From assembly GCA_964016885.1 (NCBI GenBank), contig OZ024741.1, positions 22,196,001 through 22,260,000 of the forward strand: a stretch of 64,000 bases of DNA, in the 5' to 3' direction. Both the position numbers and the translations under genes were made by a program. Below, piece by piece: positions 48,206 to 62,100 of this stretch. The notes beneath the pieces are model-generated. The model worked only from the letters and a program-made list of their open reading frames with translations, ran no database searches and had not been told where the DNA came from. Every line of letters starts with the position of its first letter. Positions within the stretch are counted from its first letter, which is position 1. The DNA is from Eledone cirrhosa (Eukaryota).

Positions 48206-51200
48206 GTTGAGTTATATGAAGGCCACAAAGTGGAGTTATATGAAGGCCATAAGGTGGAGTTATATGAAGGCCATAAGGTTGAGTTATATGAAGGCCACAA
48301 AGTGGAGTTATATGAAGGCCATGAAGTGGAGTTATATGAAGGCCATAAGATTGAGTTATATGAAAGCCATTAAGTGGAGTTATATGAAGACCACAAAGTG
48401 GAGTTATATGAAGGCCATAAGGTTGAGTTATAAGAAGGCCAAAAAGTGGAGTTATATGAAGGCCACCAAGTGGAGTTATATGAAGGTCACAATGTGGATT
48501 TATATAGAGGCCACAAAGTGGAGTTATATGAAGGCCACAAAGTGGAGTTATATGAAGGCTACACAGTGGAGTTATCCCGCCGAGGTTAACTTTGCCTTTC
48601 ATCCTTACGGGGTCGATAATATAAAGTACCAGTAATGTACTGGGTAATTGCTGGCCTTGTGCCTAAAGTAGAAACAGTTATATGAAGGCCATAAAGTGGA
48701 GTTATATGAAGGCCACAAAGTGGAGTTATATGAAGGCCACCAAGTGGAGTTATATGAAGGTCACAAAGTGGATTTATATAGAGGCCACAAAGTGGAGTTA
48801 TATGAAGGCCACAAAGTGGAGTTATATGAAGGCTACACAGTGGAGTTATATGAAGGACATAAAGTGGAGTTATATAAAGGCCATAAGGTTGAGTTATATG
48901 ACGGCCTAAAAGTGGAGTTATATGAAGACCATAAAGTGGAGTTATATGAAGGCTACACAGTGGAGTTATATGAAGGACATAAAGTGGAGTTATATGAAGG
49001 CCATAAGGTTGAGTTATATGAAGGCCAAAAAGTGCAGTTATATGAAGGCCACAAGGTGCAGTTATATAAAGGCCACAAAGTGGAGTTATATGAAGGCCAT
49101 AAAGTGAAATTATATAAAGGCCACAAAGTGGAGTTATATGAAGGCCATAAAGTGAAATTATATAAAGGCCACAAAGTGGAGTTATATGAAGGCCACAAGG
49201 TGCAGTTATATAAAGGCCACAAAGTGGAGTTATATGAAGGCCATAAGGTTAACTTATAGGAAGGCCATAAAGTGGAGTTATATAAAGGCCACAAAGTGGA
49301 GTTATATGAAGGCCATAAAGTGGAGTTATATGAAGGCCATAAAGTGGAGATTTAGGAAGGCCATAAAGTGGAGTTATATAAAGGCCATAAAGTGGAGTTA
49401 TATGAAGGCCACAAAGTGTGTTATAGGAAGGCCATAAAGTGGGGTTATATAAGGGCCATGAAGTGGAGTTATATGAAGGCCACAAAGTGGAGTTATAGGA
49501 AGGCCATAAAGTGGAGTTATATGAAGGCCATAAAGTGGAGTTATATGAAGGCTACACAGTGGAGTTATATGAAGGCCAGAAAGTGGAGTTATATGAAGGC
49601 CACAAAGTGGAGTTATATGAAGGCCACAAAGTGGAGTTATATGAGGGCCATAAAGTGGTGTTATATGAAGGCCACAAAGTGGAGTTATATGAAGGCCACA
49701 AAGTGGAGTTATATGAAGGCCACAAAGTGGAGTTATATGAAGGCCACAAAGTGGAGTTATATGAAGGCCACAAAGTGCAGTTATATGAAGCTCATAAAGT
49801 GGAGTTATATGAAGGCCACAAAGTGGAGTTATATGAAGGCCATAAAGTGGAGTTATATGAAGGCCACAAACTGAAGTTATATGAAGGCCATAAAGTGGAG
49901 TTATATGAAGGCCATAAAGGGGAGTTATATGAAAGCCATAAAGTGGAGTTATATAAAGCCCACAAAGTGGAGTTATATAAAGGCCACAAAGTGGAGTTAT
50001 ATGAAGGCCATAAAGTGGAGTTATATGAAGGCCACAAACTGAAGTTATATGAAGGCCATAAAGTGGAGTTATATGAAGGCCATAAAGGGGAGTTATATGA
50101 AAGCCATAAAGTGGAGTTATATAAAGCCCACAAAGTGGAGTTATATAAAGGCCATAAAGTGGAGTTATATGAAAGCCATAAAGTGGAGTTATATAAAGCC
50201 CACAAAGTGGAGTTATATGAAGGCCACAAAGTGGAGTTATATAAAGCCCACAAAGTGGAGTTATATAAAGCCCACAAAGTGGAGTTATATAAAGGCCATA
50301 AAGTGGAGTTATATGAAAGCCATAAAGTGGAGTTATATAAAGCCCACAAAGTGGAGTTATATGAAGGCCATAAAGTGGAGTTATATAAAGCCCACAAAGT
50401 GGAGTTATATAAAGCCCACAAAGTGGAGTTATATGAAGGCCATAAGGTTGAGTTATAAGAAGGCCAAAAAGTGGAGTTATATGAAGGCCATAAAGTGGAG
50501 TTATATGAAGGCCACAAAGTGGAGTTATATGAAGGCCACAAAGTGGAGTTATATGAAGGCCACAAAGGTAAGTTATATAAAGGCCACAAAATGGAGTTAT
50601 ATGAAGGCCATAAAGTGGAGTTATATAAAGGCCACAAAGTGGAGTTATATGAAGGCCATAAAGTGGAGTTATATGAAAGCCATAAAGTGGAGTTATATAA
50701 AGGCCACAAAGTGGAGTTATATGAAGGCCACCAAGTGGAGTTATATGAAGGCCACAAAGGTAAGTTATATAAAGGCCACAAAATGGAGTTATATGAAGGC
50801 CATAAAGTGGAGTTATATAAAGGCCACAAAGTGGAGTTATATGAAGGCCATAAAGTGGAGTTATATGAAGACCACAAAGTGGAGTTATATGAAGGCCATA
50901 AAGTGGAGTTATATGAAAGCCATAAAGTGGAGTTATATAAAGGCCACAAAGTGGAGTTATATGAAGGCCATAAGGTTGAGTTATATGAAAGCCATAAAGT
51001 GGAGTTATATGAAGGCCACACAGTGGTCTTATATGAAGGACATAAAGTGGAGTTATATGAAAGCCATAAAGTGGAGTTATATAAAGGCCACAAAGTGGAG
51101 TTATATGAAGGCCATAAGGTTGAGTTATATGAAAGCCATAAAGTGGAGTTATATGAAGGCCACACAGTGGTCTTATATGAAGGACATAAAGTGGAGTTAT

Positions 51201-54200
51201 ATGAAGGTCACAAGGTGCAGTTATATAAAGGCCATAAAGTGAAATTATATAAAGGCCACAAAGTGGAGTTATATGAAGGCCACAAGGTGCAGTTATATGA
51301 AGGCCATAAAGTGAAATTATATGAAGGCCATAAAGTGGAGTTATATGAAGGCCATAAGGTTGAGTTATAGGAAGGCCAGAAAGTGGAGTTATATAAAGGC
51401 CACAAAGTGGAGTTATATGAAGGCCACAAAGTGGAGTTATATGAAGGCCACAAGGTGCAGTTATATAAAGGCCACAAAGTGGAGTTATATGAAGGCCATA
51501 AAGTGGAGTTATATGAAGGCCACAAAGTGGAGTTATATGAAAGCCATAAAGTGGAGTTATATAAAGCCCACAAAGTGGAGTTATATAAAGGCCATAAAGT
51601 GGAGTTATATGAAGGTCATAAAGTGGAGTTATATGAAGGCCACAAAGTGGAGTTATATGAAGGCCACAAAGTGGAGTTATATGAAGGCCTGAAAGTGGGG
51701 TTATTTGAAGGCCAGAAATTGGAATTATATGAAGACCACAAAGTGGAGTTATATGAAGGCCATAAGGTTGAGTTATAAGAAGGCCAAAAAGTGGAGTTAT
51801 ATGAAGGCCATAAAGTGGAGTTATATGAAGGCCACAAAGTGGAGTTATATGAAGGCCACCAAGTGGAGTTATATGAAGGTCACAAAGTGGATTTATATAG
51901 AGGCCACAAAGTGGAGTTATATGAAGGCCACAAAGTGGAGTTATATGAAGGCTACACAGTGGAGTTATATGAAGGACATAAAGTGGAGTTATATAAAGGC
52001 CATAAGGTTGAGTTATATGACGGCCTAAAAGTGGAGTTATATGAAGACCATAAAGTGGAGTTATATGAAGGCTACACAGGGAAGTTATATGAAGGACATA
52101 AAGTGGAGTTATATGAAGGCCATAAGTTTGAGTTATATGAAGGACAAAAAGTGGAGTTATATGAAGGCCACAAGGTGCAGTTATATAAAGGCCACAAAGT
52201 GGAGTTATATGAAGGCCATAAAGTGGAGTTATATGAAGGCCATAAGGTTAACTTATAGGAAGGCCATAAAGTGGAGTTATATAAAGGCCATAAAGTGGGG
52301 TTTTAGGAAGGCCATAAAGTGGAGTTATATGAAGGCCATAAAGTGGAGTTATATGAAGGCCATAAAGTGGAGTTTTAGGAAGGCCATAAAGTGGAGTTAT
52401 ATAAAGGCCATAAAGTGGAGTTATATGAAGGCCACAAAGTGTGTTATAGGGAGGCCATAAAGTGGGGTTATATAAGGGCCATGAAGTGGAGTTATATGAA
52501 GGCCATAAAGTGGAGTTATATGAAGGCTACACAGTGGAGTTATATGAAGGCCAGAAAGTGGAGTTATATAAAGGCCATAAAGTGGAGTTATATGAGGGCC
52601 ATAAAGTGGAGTTATATAAAGGCCACAAAGTGGAGTTATATGAAAGCCATAAAGTGGAGTTATATAAAGGCCACAAAGTGGAGTTATATGAAGGCCATAA
52701 AGTGGAGTTATATAAAGGCAATAAAGTGGAGTTATATAAAGGCCATAAAGTGGAGTTATATGAAGGTCATAAAGTGGAGTTATATGAAGGCCACAAAGTG
52801 GAGTTATATGAAGGCCTGAAAGTGGGGTTATTTGAAGGCCATAAATTGGAATTATATGAAGACCACAAAGTGGAGTTATATGAAGGCCATAAGGTTGAGT
52901 TATAAGAAGGCCAAAAAGTGGAGTTATATGAAGGCCATAAAGTGGAGTTATATGAAGGCCACAAAGTGGAGTTATATGAAGGCCACCAAGTGGAGTTATA
53001 TGAAGGTCACAAAGTGGATTTATATAGAGGCCACAAAGTGGAGTTATATGAAGGCCACAAAGTGGAGTTATATGAAGGCTACACAGTGGAGTTATATGAA
53101 GGACATAAAGTGGAGTTATATGAAGGCCATAAAGTGAAATTATATAAAGGCCACAAAGTGGAGTTATATGAAGGCCACAAGGTGCAGTTATATAAAGGCC
53201 ACAAAGTGGAGTTATATGAAGGCCATAAAGTGGAGTTATATGAAGGCCACAAAGTGGAGTTATATGAAGGCCACCAAGTGGAGTTATATGAAGGCTACAC
53301 AGTGGAGTTATATGAAGGCCACAAAGTGGAGTTATATGAAGGCTACACAGTGGAGTTATATGAAGGACATAAAGTGGAGTTATATGAAGGCCATAAGGTT
53401 GAGTTATATGAAGGCCAAAAAGTGCAGTTATATGAAGGCCACAAAGTGGAGTTATATGAAGGCCTGAAAGTGGGGTTATTTGAAGGCCATAAATTGGAAT
53501 TATATGAAGACCACAAAGTGGAGTTATATGAAGGCCATAAGGTTGAGTTATAAGAAGGCCAAAAAGTGGAGTTATATGAAGGCCATAAAGTGGAGTTATA
53601 TGAAGGCCACAAAGTGGAGTTATATGAAGGCCACCAAGTGGAGTTATATGAAGGTCACAAAGTGGATTTATATAGAGGCCACAAAGTGGAGTTATATGAA
53701 GGCCACAAAGTGGAGTTATATGAAGGCTACACAGTGGAGTTATATAAAGGCCACAAAGTGGAGTTATATGAAGGCCATAAAGTGAAATTATATAAAGGCC
53801 ACAAAGTGGAGTTATATGAAGGCCACAAGGTGCAGTTATATAAAGGCCACAAAGTGGAGTTATATGAAGGCCATAAAGTGGAGTTATATGAAGGCCATAA
53901 GGTTAACTTATAGGAAGGCCATAAAGTGGAGTTATATAAAGGCCACAAAGTGGAGTTATATGAAGGCCATAAAGTGGAGTTATATGAAGGCCATAAAGTG
54001 GAGTTTTAGGAAGGCCATAAAGTGGAGTTATATAAAGGCCATAAAGTGGAGTTATATGAAGGCCACAAAGTGTGTTATAGGAAGGCCATAAAGTGGGGTT
54101 ATATAAGGGCCATAAAGTGGAGTTATATGAAAGCCACAAAGTGGAGTTATATGAAGGCCACAAAGTGGAGTTATATGAAGGCCACAAAGTGGAGTTATAT

Positions 54201-57200
54201 GAAGGCCACAAAGTGGAGTTATATGAAGCTCATAAAGTGGAGTTATATGAAGGCCACAAAGTGAGGTTATATGAAGGCCATAAAGTGGAGTTATATGAAG
54301 GCCACAAACTGAAGTTATATGAAGGCCATAAAGTGGAGTTATATGAGGGCCATAAAGTGGAGTTATATGAAGGCCATAAAGTGCAGTTATAGGAAGGCCA
54401 TGAAGTGGAGTTATATGAAGGCCATAAAGTGGTGTTATATGAAGGCCATAAAGTGGAGTTATATGAAGGCCACAAATTGGAGTTATATGAAGGCCATAAA
54501 GTGGAGTTATATGAAGGCCATAAAGTGGAGTTATATGAAGGCCATAAAGTGGAGTTATATGAAGGCCATAAAGTGCAGTTATATGAAGGCCATAAAGTGG
54601 AGTTATATGAAGGCCACAAAGTGGAGTTATATGAAGACCACAAAGTGGTGTTATATGAAGGCCACAAAGTGTGGTTATATGAAGGCCATAAAGTGGAGTT
54701 ATATGAAGGCCATAAAGTTGAGTTATATGAAGGCCATTAAGTGGAGTTATATGAAGGCCATAAAGTTGAGTTATATGAAGGCCATAAGGTTGAGTTATAT
54801 GAAGGCGAAAAAGTGAAGTTATATGAAGGCCATAAAGTGGAGTTATATGAAGTCTACAAAGTGGAGTTATATGAAGGCCACAAAGTGGTGTTATATGAAG
54901 GCCATAAAGTGGAGTTATATGAAAGCCATAAAGTGGTGTTATATGAAGGCCATAAAGTGGAGTTATATGAAAGCCATAAAGTTTGTGTTATATGAAGGCC
55001 ATAAAGTGCAGTTATATGAAAGCCATAAAGTGGTGTTATATGAAGGCCATGAAGTGGAGTTATATAAAGGCAACAAAGTGGAGTTATATGAAGGCCACAA
55101 AGTGGAGTTATATGAAGGCCACACAGTAGTTTTATATGAAGGCCACAAAGTGGAGTTATATGAAGGCCATAAAGTGAAATTATATAAAGGCTACAAAGTG
55201 GAGTTATATAAAGGCCATGAAGTGGAGTTATATAAAGGCCACAAAGTGGAGTTATATAAAGGCCACAAAGTGCAGTTATATGAAGGCCAGAAAGTGGAGT
55301 TATATGAAGGCCAAAAATGGAGTTATATGAAGACCATAAAGTGGAGTTATATGAAGACCATAAAGTGGTGTTATATGAAGGCCATAATGTGAAGTTATAT
55401 GAAAGCTACAAAGTGGAGTTATATGAAGACCATAAAGTGGAGATATATAAAGGCCACAAAGTGGATTTATATAAAGCCCACAAAGTGGATTTATATGAAG
55501 GCCAAAAATGGAGTTATATGAAGACCATAAAGTGGAGTTATATGAAGACCATAAAGTGGAGTTATATGAAGGCCACAAAGTGGAGTTATCTAAAGGCCAC
55601 AAATTCGACTTATATGAAGGCCACAAAATGGAGTTATATGAAGGCCACGAAGTGGAGTTATCTAAAGGCCACAAATTCGACTTATATGAAGGCCACACAA
55701 TGGAGTTATATGAAGGCCACAAAGTGTAGTTATAAGAATGCTATAAAGTGGAATTATATATAGGCCATAAAGTGGAGTTATATGAAGCCCACAAAGTGGG
55801 GTTATATGAAGGCCATAAGATTGAGTTATATGAAGGCCATAAAGTGGAGCTTTATGGAGGCAACAAAGTGGAGTTACATGAAGGCCATAAAGTGGAGTTT
55901 TATGAAGGCCACAAAGTGGAATTATATGAAGGCCATAAAGTGGAGTTATATGAAGGCCATAAGGTGGAGTTATATGAAGGCCATAAGGTTGAGTTATATG
56001 AAGGCCATAAGGTTGAATTTTATGAGGGCCACAAAGTGGAGTTATATGTAGGCTACAAAGTGGAGTTATATGAAGACCACAAAGTGGAGTTATATGAAGG
56101 CCACAAAATGGAGTTATATGTAGGCCACAAAGTGGAGTTATATGAAGGCCATAAGGTGGAGTTATATAAAGGCCACAATGTGGAATTATATGAAGGCCAC
56201 AAAGTGGAGTTATATGAAGGCCATAAAGTTGAGTTATATGAAGGCCATAAAGTGGAGTTATATGAAGGCCAAAAGGTTGAGTTATATAAAGGCCACAATG
56301 TGGAATTATATGAAGGCCACAAAGTGGAGTTATATGAAGGCCTTAAGGTTGAGTTATATGAAGGCCATAAAGTTGAGTTATATGAAGGCCATAAAGTGGA
56401 GTTATATGAAGGCCAAAAGGTTGAGTTATATAAAGGCCACAATGTGGAATTATATGAAGGCCACAAAGTGGAGTTATATGAAGGCCATAAGGTTGAGTTA
56501 TATGAAGGCCATAAAGTGGAGTTATATGAAGGCCATAAAGTGCAGTTATATGAAGGCCATGGAGTGGAGTTATATGAAGGCCACAAAGTGGAGTTATATG
56601 AAGACCACAAAGTGGTGTTATATGAAGGCCACAAAGTGTGGTTATATGAAGGCCATAAAGTGGAGTTATATGAAGGCCATAAAGTTGAGTTATATGAAGG
56701 CCATTAAGTGGAGTTATATGAAGGCCATAAAGTTGAGTTATATGAAGGCCATAAGGTTGAGTTATATGAAGGCGAAAAAGTGAAGTTATATGAAGGCCAT
56801 AAAGTGGAGTTATATGAAGTCTACAAAGTGGAGTTATATGAAGGCCACAAAGTGGAGTTATATGAAGGCCATAAAGTAGAGTTATATGAAGTCCCCAAAG
56901 TGGACTTATATGAAGGCCACAAAGTGGAGTTATATGAAGCCATAAAGTGGAGTTATATGAAGGCCATAAAGTGGAGTTATATGAAGTCCCCAAAGTGGAC
57001 TTATATGAAGGCCACAAAGTGGAGTTATATGAAGCCATAAAGTGGAGTTATATGAAGGCCATAAAGTGGAGTTATATGAAGGCCATAAAGTTGAGTTATA
57101 GGAAGGCCATAAAGTGGAGTTATATGAAGGCCATAAAGGGGAGTTATATGAAGGCCATAAAGGGGAGTTATATGAAGGCCATAAAGTTGAGTTATATGAA

Positions 57201-58118
57201 GGCCATAAAGGGGAGTTATATGAAGGCCATAAAGGGGAGTTATATGAAGGCCATAAAGTTGAGTTATATGAAGGCCATAAAGTGGAGTTATATGAAGGCC
57301 ATAAAGTGGAGTTATATGAAGGCCATAAAGGGGAGTTATATGAAGGCCATAAAGTGGAGTTATATGAAGGCCATAAAGGGGAGTTATATGAAGGCCATAA
57401 AGGGGAGTTATATGAAGGCCATAAAGGGGAGTTATATGAAGGCCATAAAGGGGAGTTATATGAAGGCCATAAAGGGGAGTTATATGAAGGCCATAAAGTG
57501 GAGTTATATGAAGGCCATAAAGTGGAGTTATATGAAGGCCATAAAGTGGAGTTATATGAAGGCCATAAAGGGGAGTTATATGAAGGCCATAAAGGGGAGT
57601 TATATGAAGGCCATAAAGTTGAGTTATATGAAGGCCATAAAGTGGAGTTATATGAAGGCCATAAAGTGGAGTTATATGAAGCCATAAAGTGGAGTTATAT
57701 GAAGGCCATAAAGTGGAGTTATATGAAGGCCATAAAGGGGAGTTATATGAAGGCCATAAAGTTGAGTTATATGAAGGCCATAAAGGGGAGTTATAGGAAG
57801 GCCATAAAGGGGAGTTATATGAAGGCCATGAAGTGGAGTTATATAAAGGCCACAAACTGAAGTTATAAGAAGGCCATAAAGTGGAGTTATATGAAGGCCA
57901 CAAAGTGAAATTATATGAAGACCATAAAGTGGAGTTATATGAAGGCCATGAAGTGGAGTTATATGAAGGCCATAAAGTGGAGTTATATGAAGGCCATAAA
58001 GGGGAGTTATATGAAGGCCATAATGTGGAGTTATATGAAGGCCACAAAGTGGAGTTATATGAAGGCCACAAAGTGGTGTTATATGAAGGCCACAAAGTTC
58101 AGTTAAATGAAGGCCACA
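48206..58118. repeat. 24-bp minisatellite/satellite (aaagtggagttatatgaaggccay), ~410 copies
   Basis: 24-bp periodicity; explains all ELYEGHKV / WSYMKAIK / WPSYNSTL ORFs. Confidence 0.97.
48576..48676 (+). mobile_element. 5'-truncated SINE family A inside the 24-bp array
   Basis: cccgccgaggttaac...gtagaaac flanked by agttat on both sides. Confidence 0.9.
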
Positions 58119-58282
58119 GTAACTTCCCTAGTATTGTTGATCTACATAAGCAATGTACCCAGTACACTCTTTGAAGTGGTTGGTATGGGAAAATTAGTCA
58201 CATTAAAATCAACATCATAATATACATGTATATATATGCTAATATTTAGATATTTACATATCTCTCTCTCACTCTCTATATG

Positions 58283-58336
<54 letters not shown>

Positions 58337-58453
58337 AATATATACATGCATATATATGTGCATACTTGCATACATGATGATGGCTGCCCCCTCTTTATCG
58401 AGTATGGCCATTGCACGATATACCATTATTAATAATCATTAATTAATTCTATC

Positions 58454-58554
58454 CCGCCGAGGTTAACTTTGCTTTTCATCCTTACGGGGTCGATAAAATA
58501 AAGTACCAGTAATGTACTGGGTAATTGTTGGCCTTGTGCCAAAAAGTAGAAACA
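58454..58554 (+). mobile_element. 5'-truncated SINE family A
   Basis: 16-bp TSD attaattaattctatc. Confidence 0.9.
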
Positions 58555-59149
58555 ATTAATTAATTCTATCGTGCAATGCCTGTGTGTGTAGATATTTTTT
58601 AAAGTGAGGTAAGACTGTGCACTGAGCCAATCCCACTCTCTGAGCGACAGTAGCTATAACCCGAAAAGAAGAAAAGATCAACATCATCGGTAACTACTGA
58701 GAGGCAGGTTTTATATCGGAGTTATCCCAGTTTCCTGAGTTGCCTTCTCCTAGAAGAATGCCCTGACAAATGCTAGGGGTCCTTCACTCCCAGTGGTTTA
58801 ACCGCGCAATTGGGTGTCAAGCCCGACTATTTCTATGTCCCCGCGCATATACATACACATGCACCCATGTATATACACATATACATACATATGTACATGT
58901 GTATATACATACATACATACATACATACAAAACGATTTTAAAAAAACAAAAAAAAACAAACAGAAAGAAAATGCTGAATATAAACGTTTAAAGTACAGTT
59001 GTAGAATTAAAAACTAGCCGAAAGGAAATATTACTCAAGCTGCGAACAACTTTAAATTTAATTCTGACAAAACTTTGTTGAAACTTTTAAAGAAGATCGT
59101 GTATTTTGAAAAATAAATGCTAAATATTAGTGAATAGACAAACTCATCA

Positions 59150-62100
59150 TGGCTAAATGTATAAGTGTCCTTCGACCAAATCGCAACTGCAATCTCAACA
59201 AAGATTTATATGAAGCATACAAACAATCTGATCCCCAAAAGTTCGGTTTTATGCAGAGGCTAAAGACTTTGTCGAATTCCAAATACCGAGAATTAGACTT
59301 TTCCCCCAAACATTTAAATAAACAGGCAAAATGTGTCATTAGATGTAAATTGATACGCCAGCCAGATAGATTATATCCTTACTAGATGACGTGACAGATT
59401 GTCTGTTGTAAACACTAAGTCCCTCCTCCATGAAGAATGCACCTCCCAACATAGCCTCATAGTTAGTGACCTCATAGTCAGGACTTGACATACTCGACGA
59501 CAGAGGAGGACTACTTTGAGGAGAAGAATATGGAAGTTGAAGGACCCCACAGCCAGAGACAAATTTAAAAGCATATTACTTGATGCTTTTGACAGTAAGG
59601 AAGAGCAATTAGAGACGTACAATATAGAGGAACAGTGGGAATTCTTGAAAGTTAACCTGCCGAAGGTGACAGATGAAATCTGTGGCTGGAGCAGACCTAT
59701 AGGCAGGAGGAGAGTAACTTGGTGGTGGAACAGTAAAGTGGAGGAGACAATCAAGGCCAAAAAGCAGGCTTGGAAAGTATGGCGGTCAAGTGGCCAACAG
59801 AGAAGCTAGGAGACAAGTGTACCTTGCAAGAAGGGAAGCAGAGGATAGAAAGTTCAAGCATGTTCTACAATGTAAGGAAAACCATGATATTGTCGAGGAG
59901 AAGTGTGTCCGTAATGATGATGGTGTACTTGCTGATACTGATAAGAAGGTAGCTTTGAAGTGTCACTACGAAAGATTACTAAATGAGGAGAATAAATGTG
60001 ATAAAGATGGTCTGCACCAAATCGATCCAATAGAGGGACCAGTGGTGCAAGTTAGTGGTAATATAATAAGTAAGACAATCGGAGATAGTTGCTGATATGT
60101 TGAAAGTATCTGGAATGGTGGGACATACTATAGTCACCTGGATAGTAAACCAAGTAATACAGAATGGGGTCATACCAAATGATTGGCGTAGCAGCATCAT
60201 CATTAACTGCTACAAGGCCAAAGGAGATGCTCTAGATAGAGATAACTATAGAGGCATTAAGTTAGTTGACCAGGTCATGAAGGTCATTGAAAATTGTTAT
60301 TGCACAACTAATTAGAGACCGAATTGATCTAGATAGAATGCAGTTTGGGTTTGTGTCAGGTAAAAGTACCACAGATGCTCTTTTCCTTGTACGACAACTA
60401 CAGAAGTACCTAGCTAAAAGTAAACCCCTTTACTTAGCTTTTGTTGACTTGGAGAAAGCCTTTGACAGAGTTCCCCCCTCCATTATCTGGTGGGCTCTTA
60501 GAAAACTAGGAGTAGATGAGTAGCTTGTGAGAGTTATACAAGCCATGTATAAAGAAACTGTCAGCAAGGTTAGAATTAACAATGAATATAGTGAAGAATT
60601 TAGCGTAAAAGTTGGTATTCGTCAGGGCTCTGTCCTTAGAACCCTCCTGTTTATTATTGCCCTTCAGGCTATAACAGAGGAGTTTAAGACCGGCTGTTCA
60701 TGGGAACTTCTATAGGCAGATGATCTAACCCTCATAGCTGAATCTATGGCTGAACTAGAGAAGAAATTCCAAACATGGAAGCATGACCTAGAATCAAAAG
60801 GCTTTAAAGTTAACTTGTCTAAGACTAAAGTTCTAGTATGTAGAAAGGCAAATAGGGCACAGGTTCGCCCTGGGAAATGGCCATGCTCAATGTGTAGGAA
60901 AGGAGTAGGTAGAAATTCCATTCTATGTCCCAAATGTAAACTATGGGTACATAAAAGATGTAGTGGGATCACAGGCAAGCTATCTAAGAACGTACATTTT
61001 ATATATGGCCAATGCTCAGGTGCAATGAGTAGCAAGTGCCCACAGGATACTAGCTCCTTCTACTGCCCAGATGATTCTATAGAAATAATGGACACTTTCC
61101 GTTACCTGGGTGACAACAGCTGTATAAAAAATTACAGGGCGATCAAAATTGATGGAAGTTATGGAGTAGGTAGACCCAGAAAAACCTGAGACGATATGAT
61201 AAATTCTGACCTTGCACACTTACACCTCTCTAAGACAACGTCACTGGACCTAGATCTCTGGTGCCACGCACTAATACAGAAGACTCACCTTCCCTATGTG
61301 CAAAGTTAACCTACAGTCAGTAGGGCCCCCCCAAACCAAACATACACCCCAACCCACTACCCTTACTCCACCCTTCCACTCCCACCAACACCACCCCTTT
61401 CTCTATAAAGTTATGTTGGTACCATAACATCCAGTCCACACTATAATGTGGTAATGTAGGTGTCACAACAAAAAAAAACACAGTCCACACTATAATGTGG
61501 TCGTGTAGGTAACACGGTAAAGAGTTCCCAGTCCACACTGTAAATGTGGTTGGTGTTAGAAAGGGCATCCAGCCATAGAAAATGTTCCAGATAGTCCTAT
61601 ACGAGTGCGACACGGTCACCCGATCAATCTTGCTTCAAGTGGGGCAATTCCCGTTTAACCCATGCTAGCGTGATGATGAATGGAACTGAGTGACACTATT
61701 GAAGACAATCATTCCACTTCCATTGACAGACAAAGAGAATGGTCAGCTAAATCTAGCAGTAAACAGCTCACCAATAACGTAGCTGAAATCTATAACTCTA
61801 CTGTACAAACAGAACACCAAAATCTTGTGGACACATTACAAGTGATATGGGATGATATGTCTCAAGAGATACACAGCCTTAATATGTAACAGACCATACA
61901 ACACCAGAATCAGTAAAGAACCCACTAAATTGGAATTGGAAGCAGTGAACGAAATAGCTGACAATTATCTGAAGGCCATACAATCCAAAGGTGTGGAAAC
62001 GACATATGAAATACTTTATATTCTGTTATATGTTTCAGCTATCACATTGCTATCCTATCATAAACAACTAAAACCAAGATACAAACAGAAAGCCTGAACC

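Noticed and set aside
48180-58174. Dozens of ORFs (ELYEGHKV and similar) as a repetitive structural protein
   Set aside because: By-product of a 24-bp unit; frames are broken by indels, stops and a SINE; no signal peptide, unique domain or splice evidence
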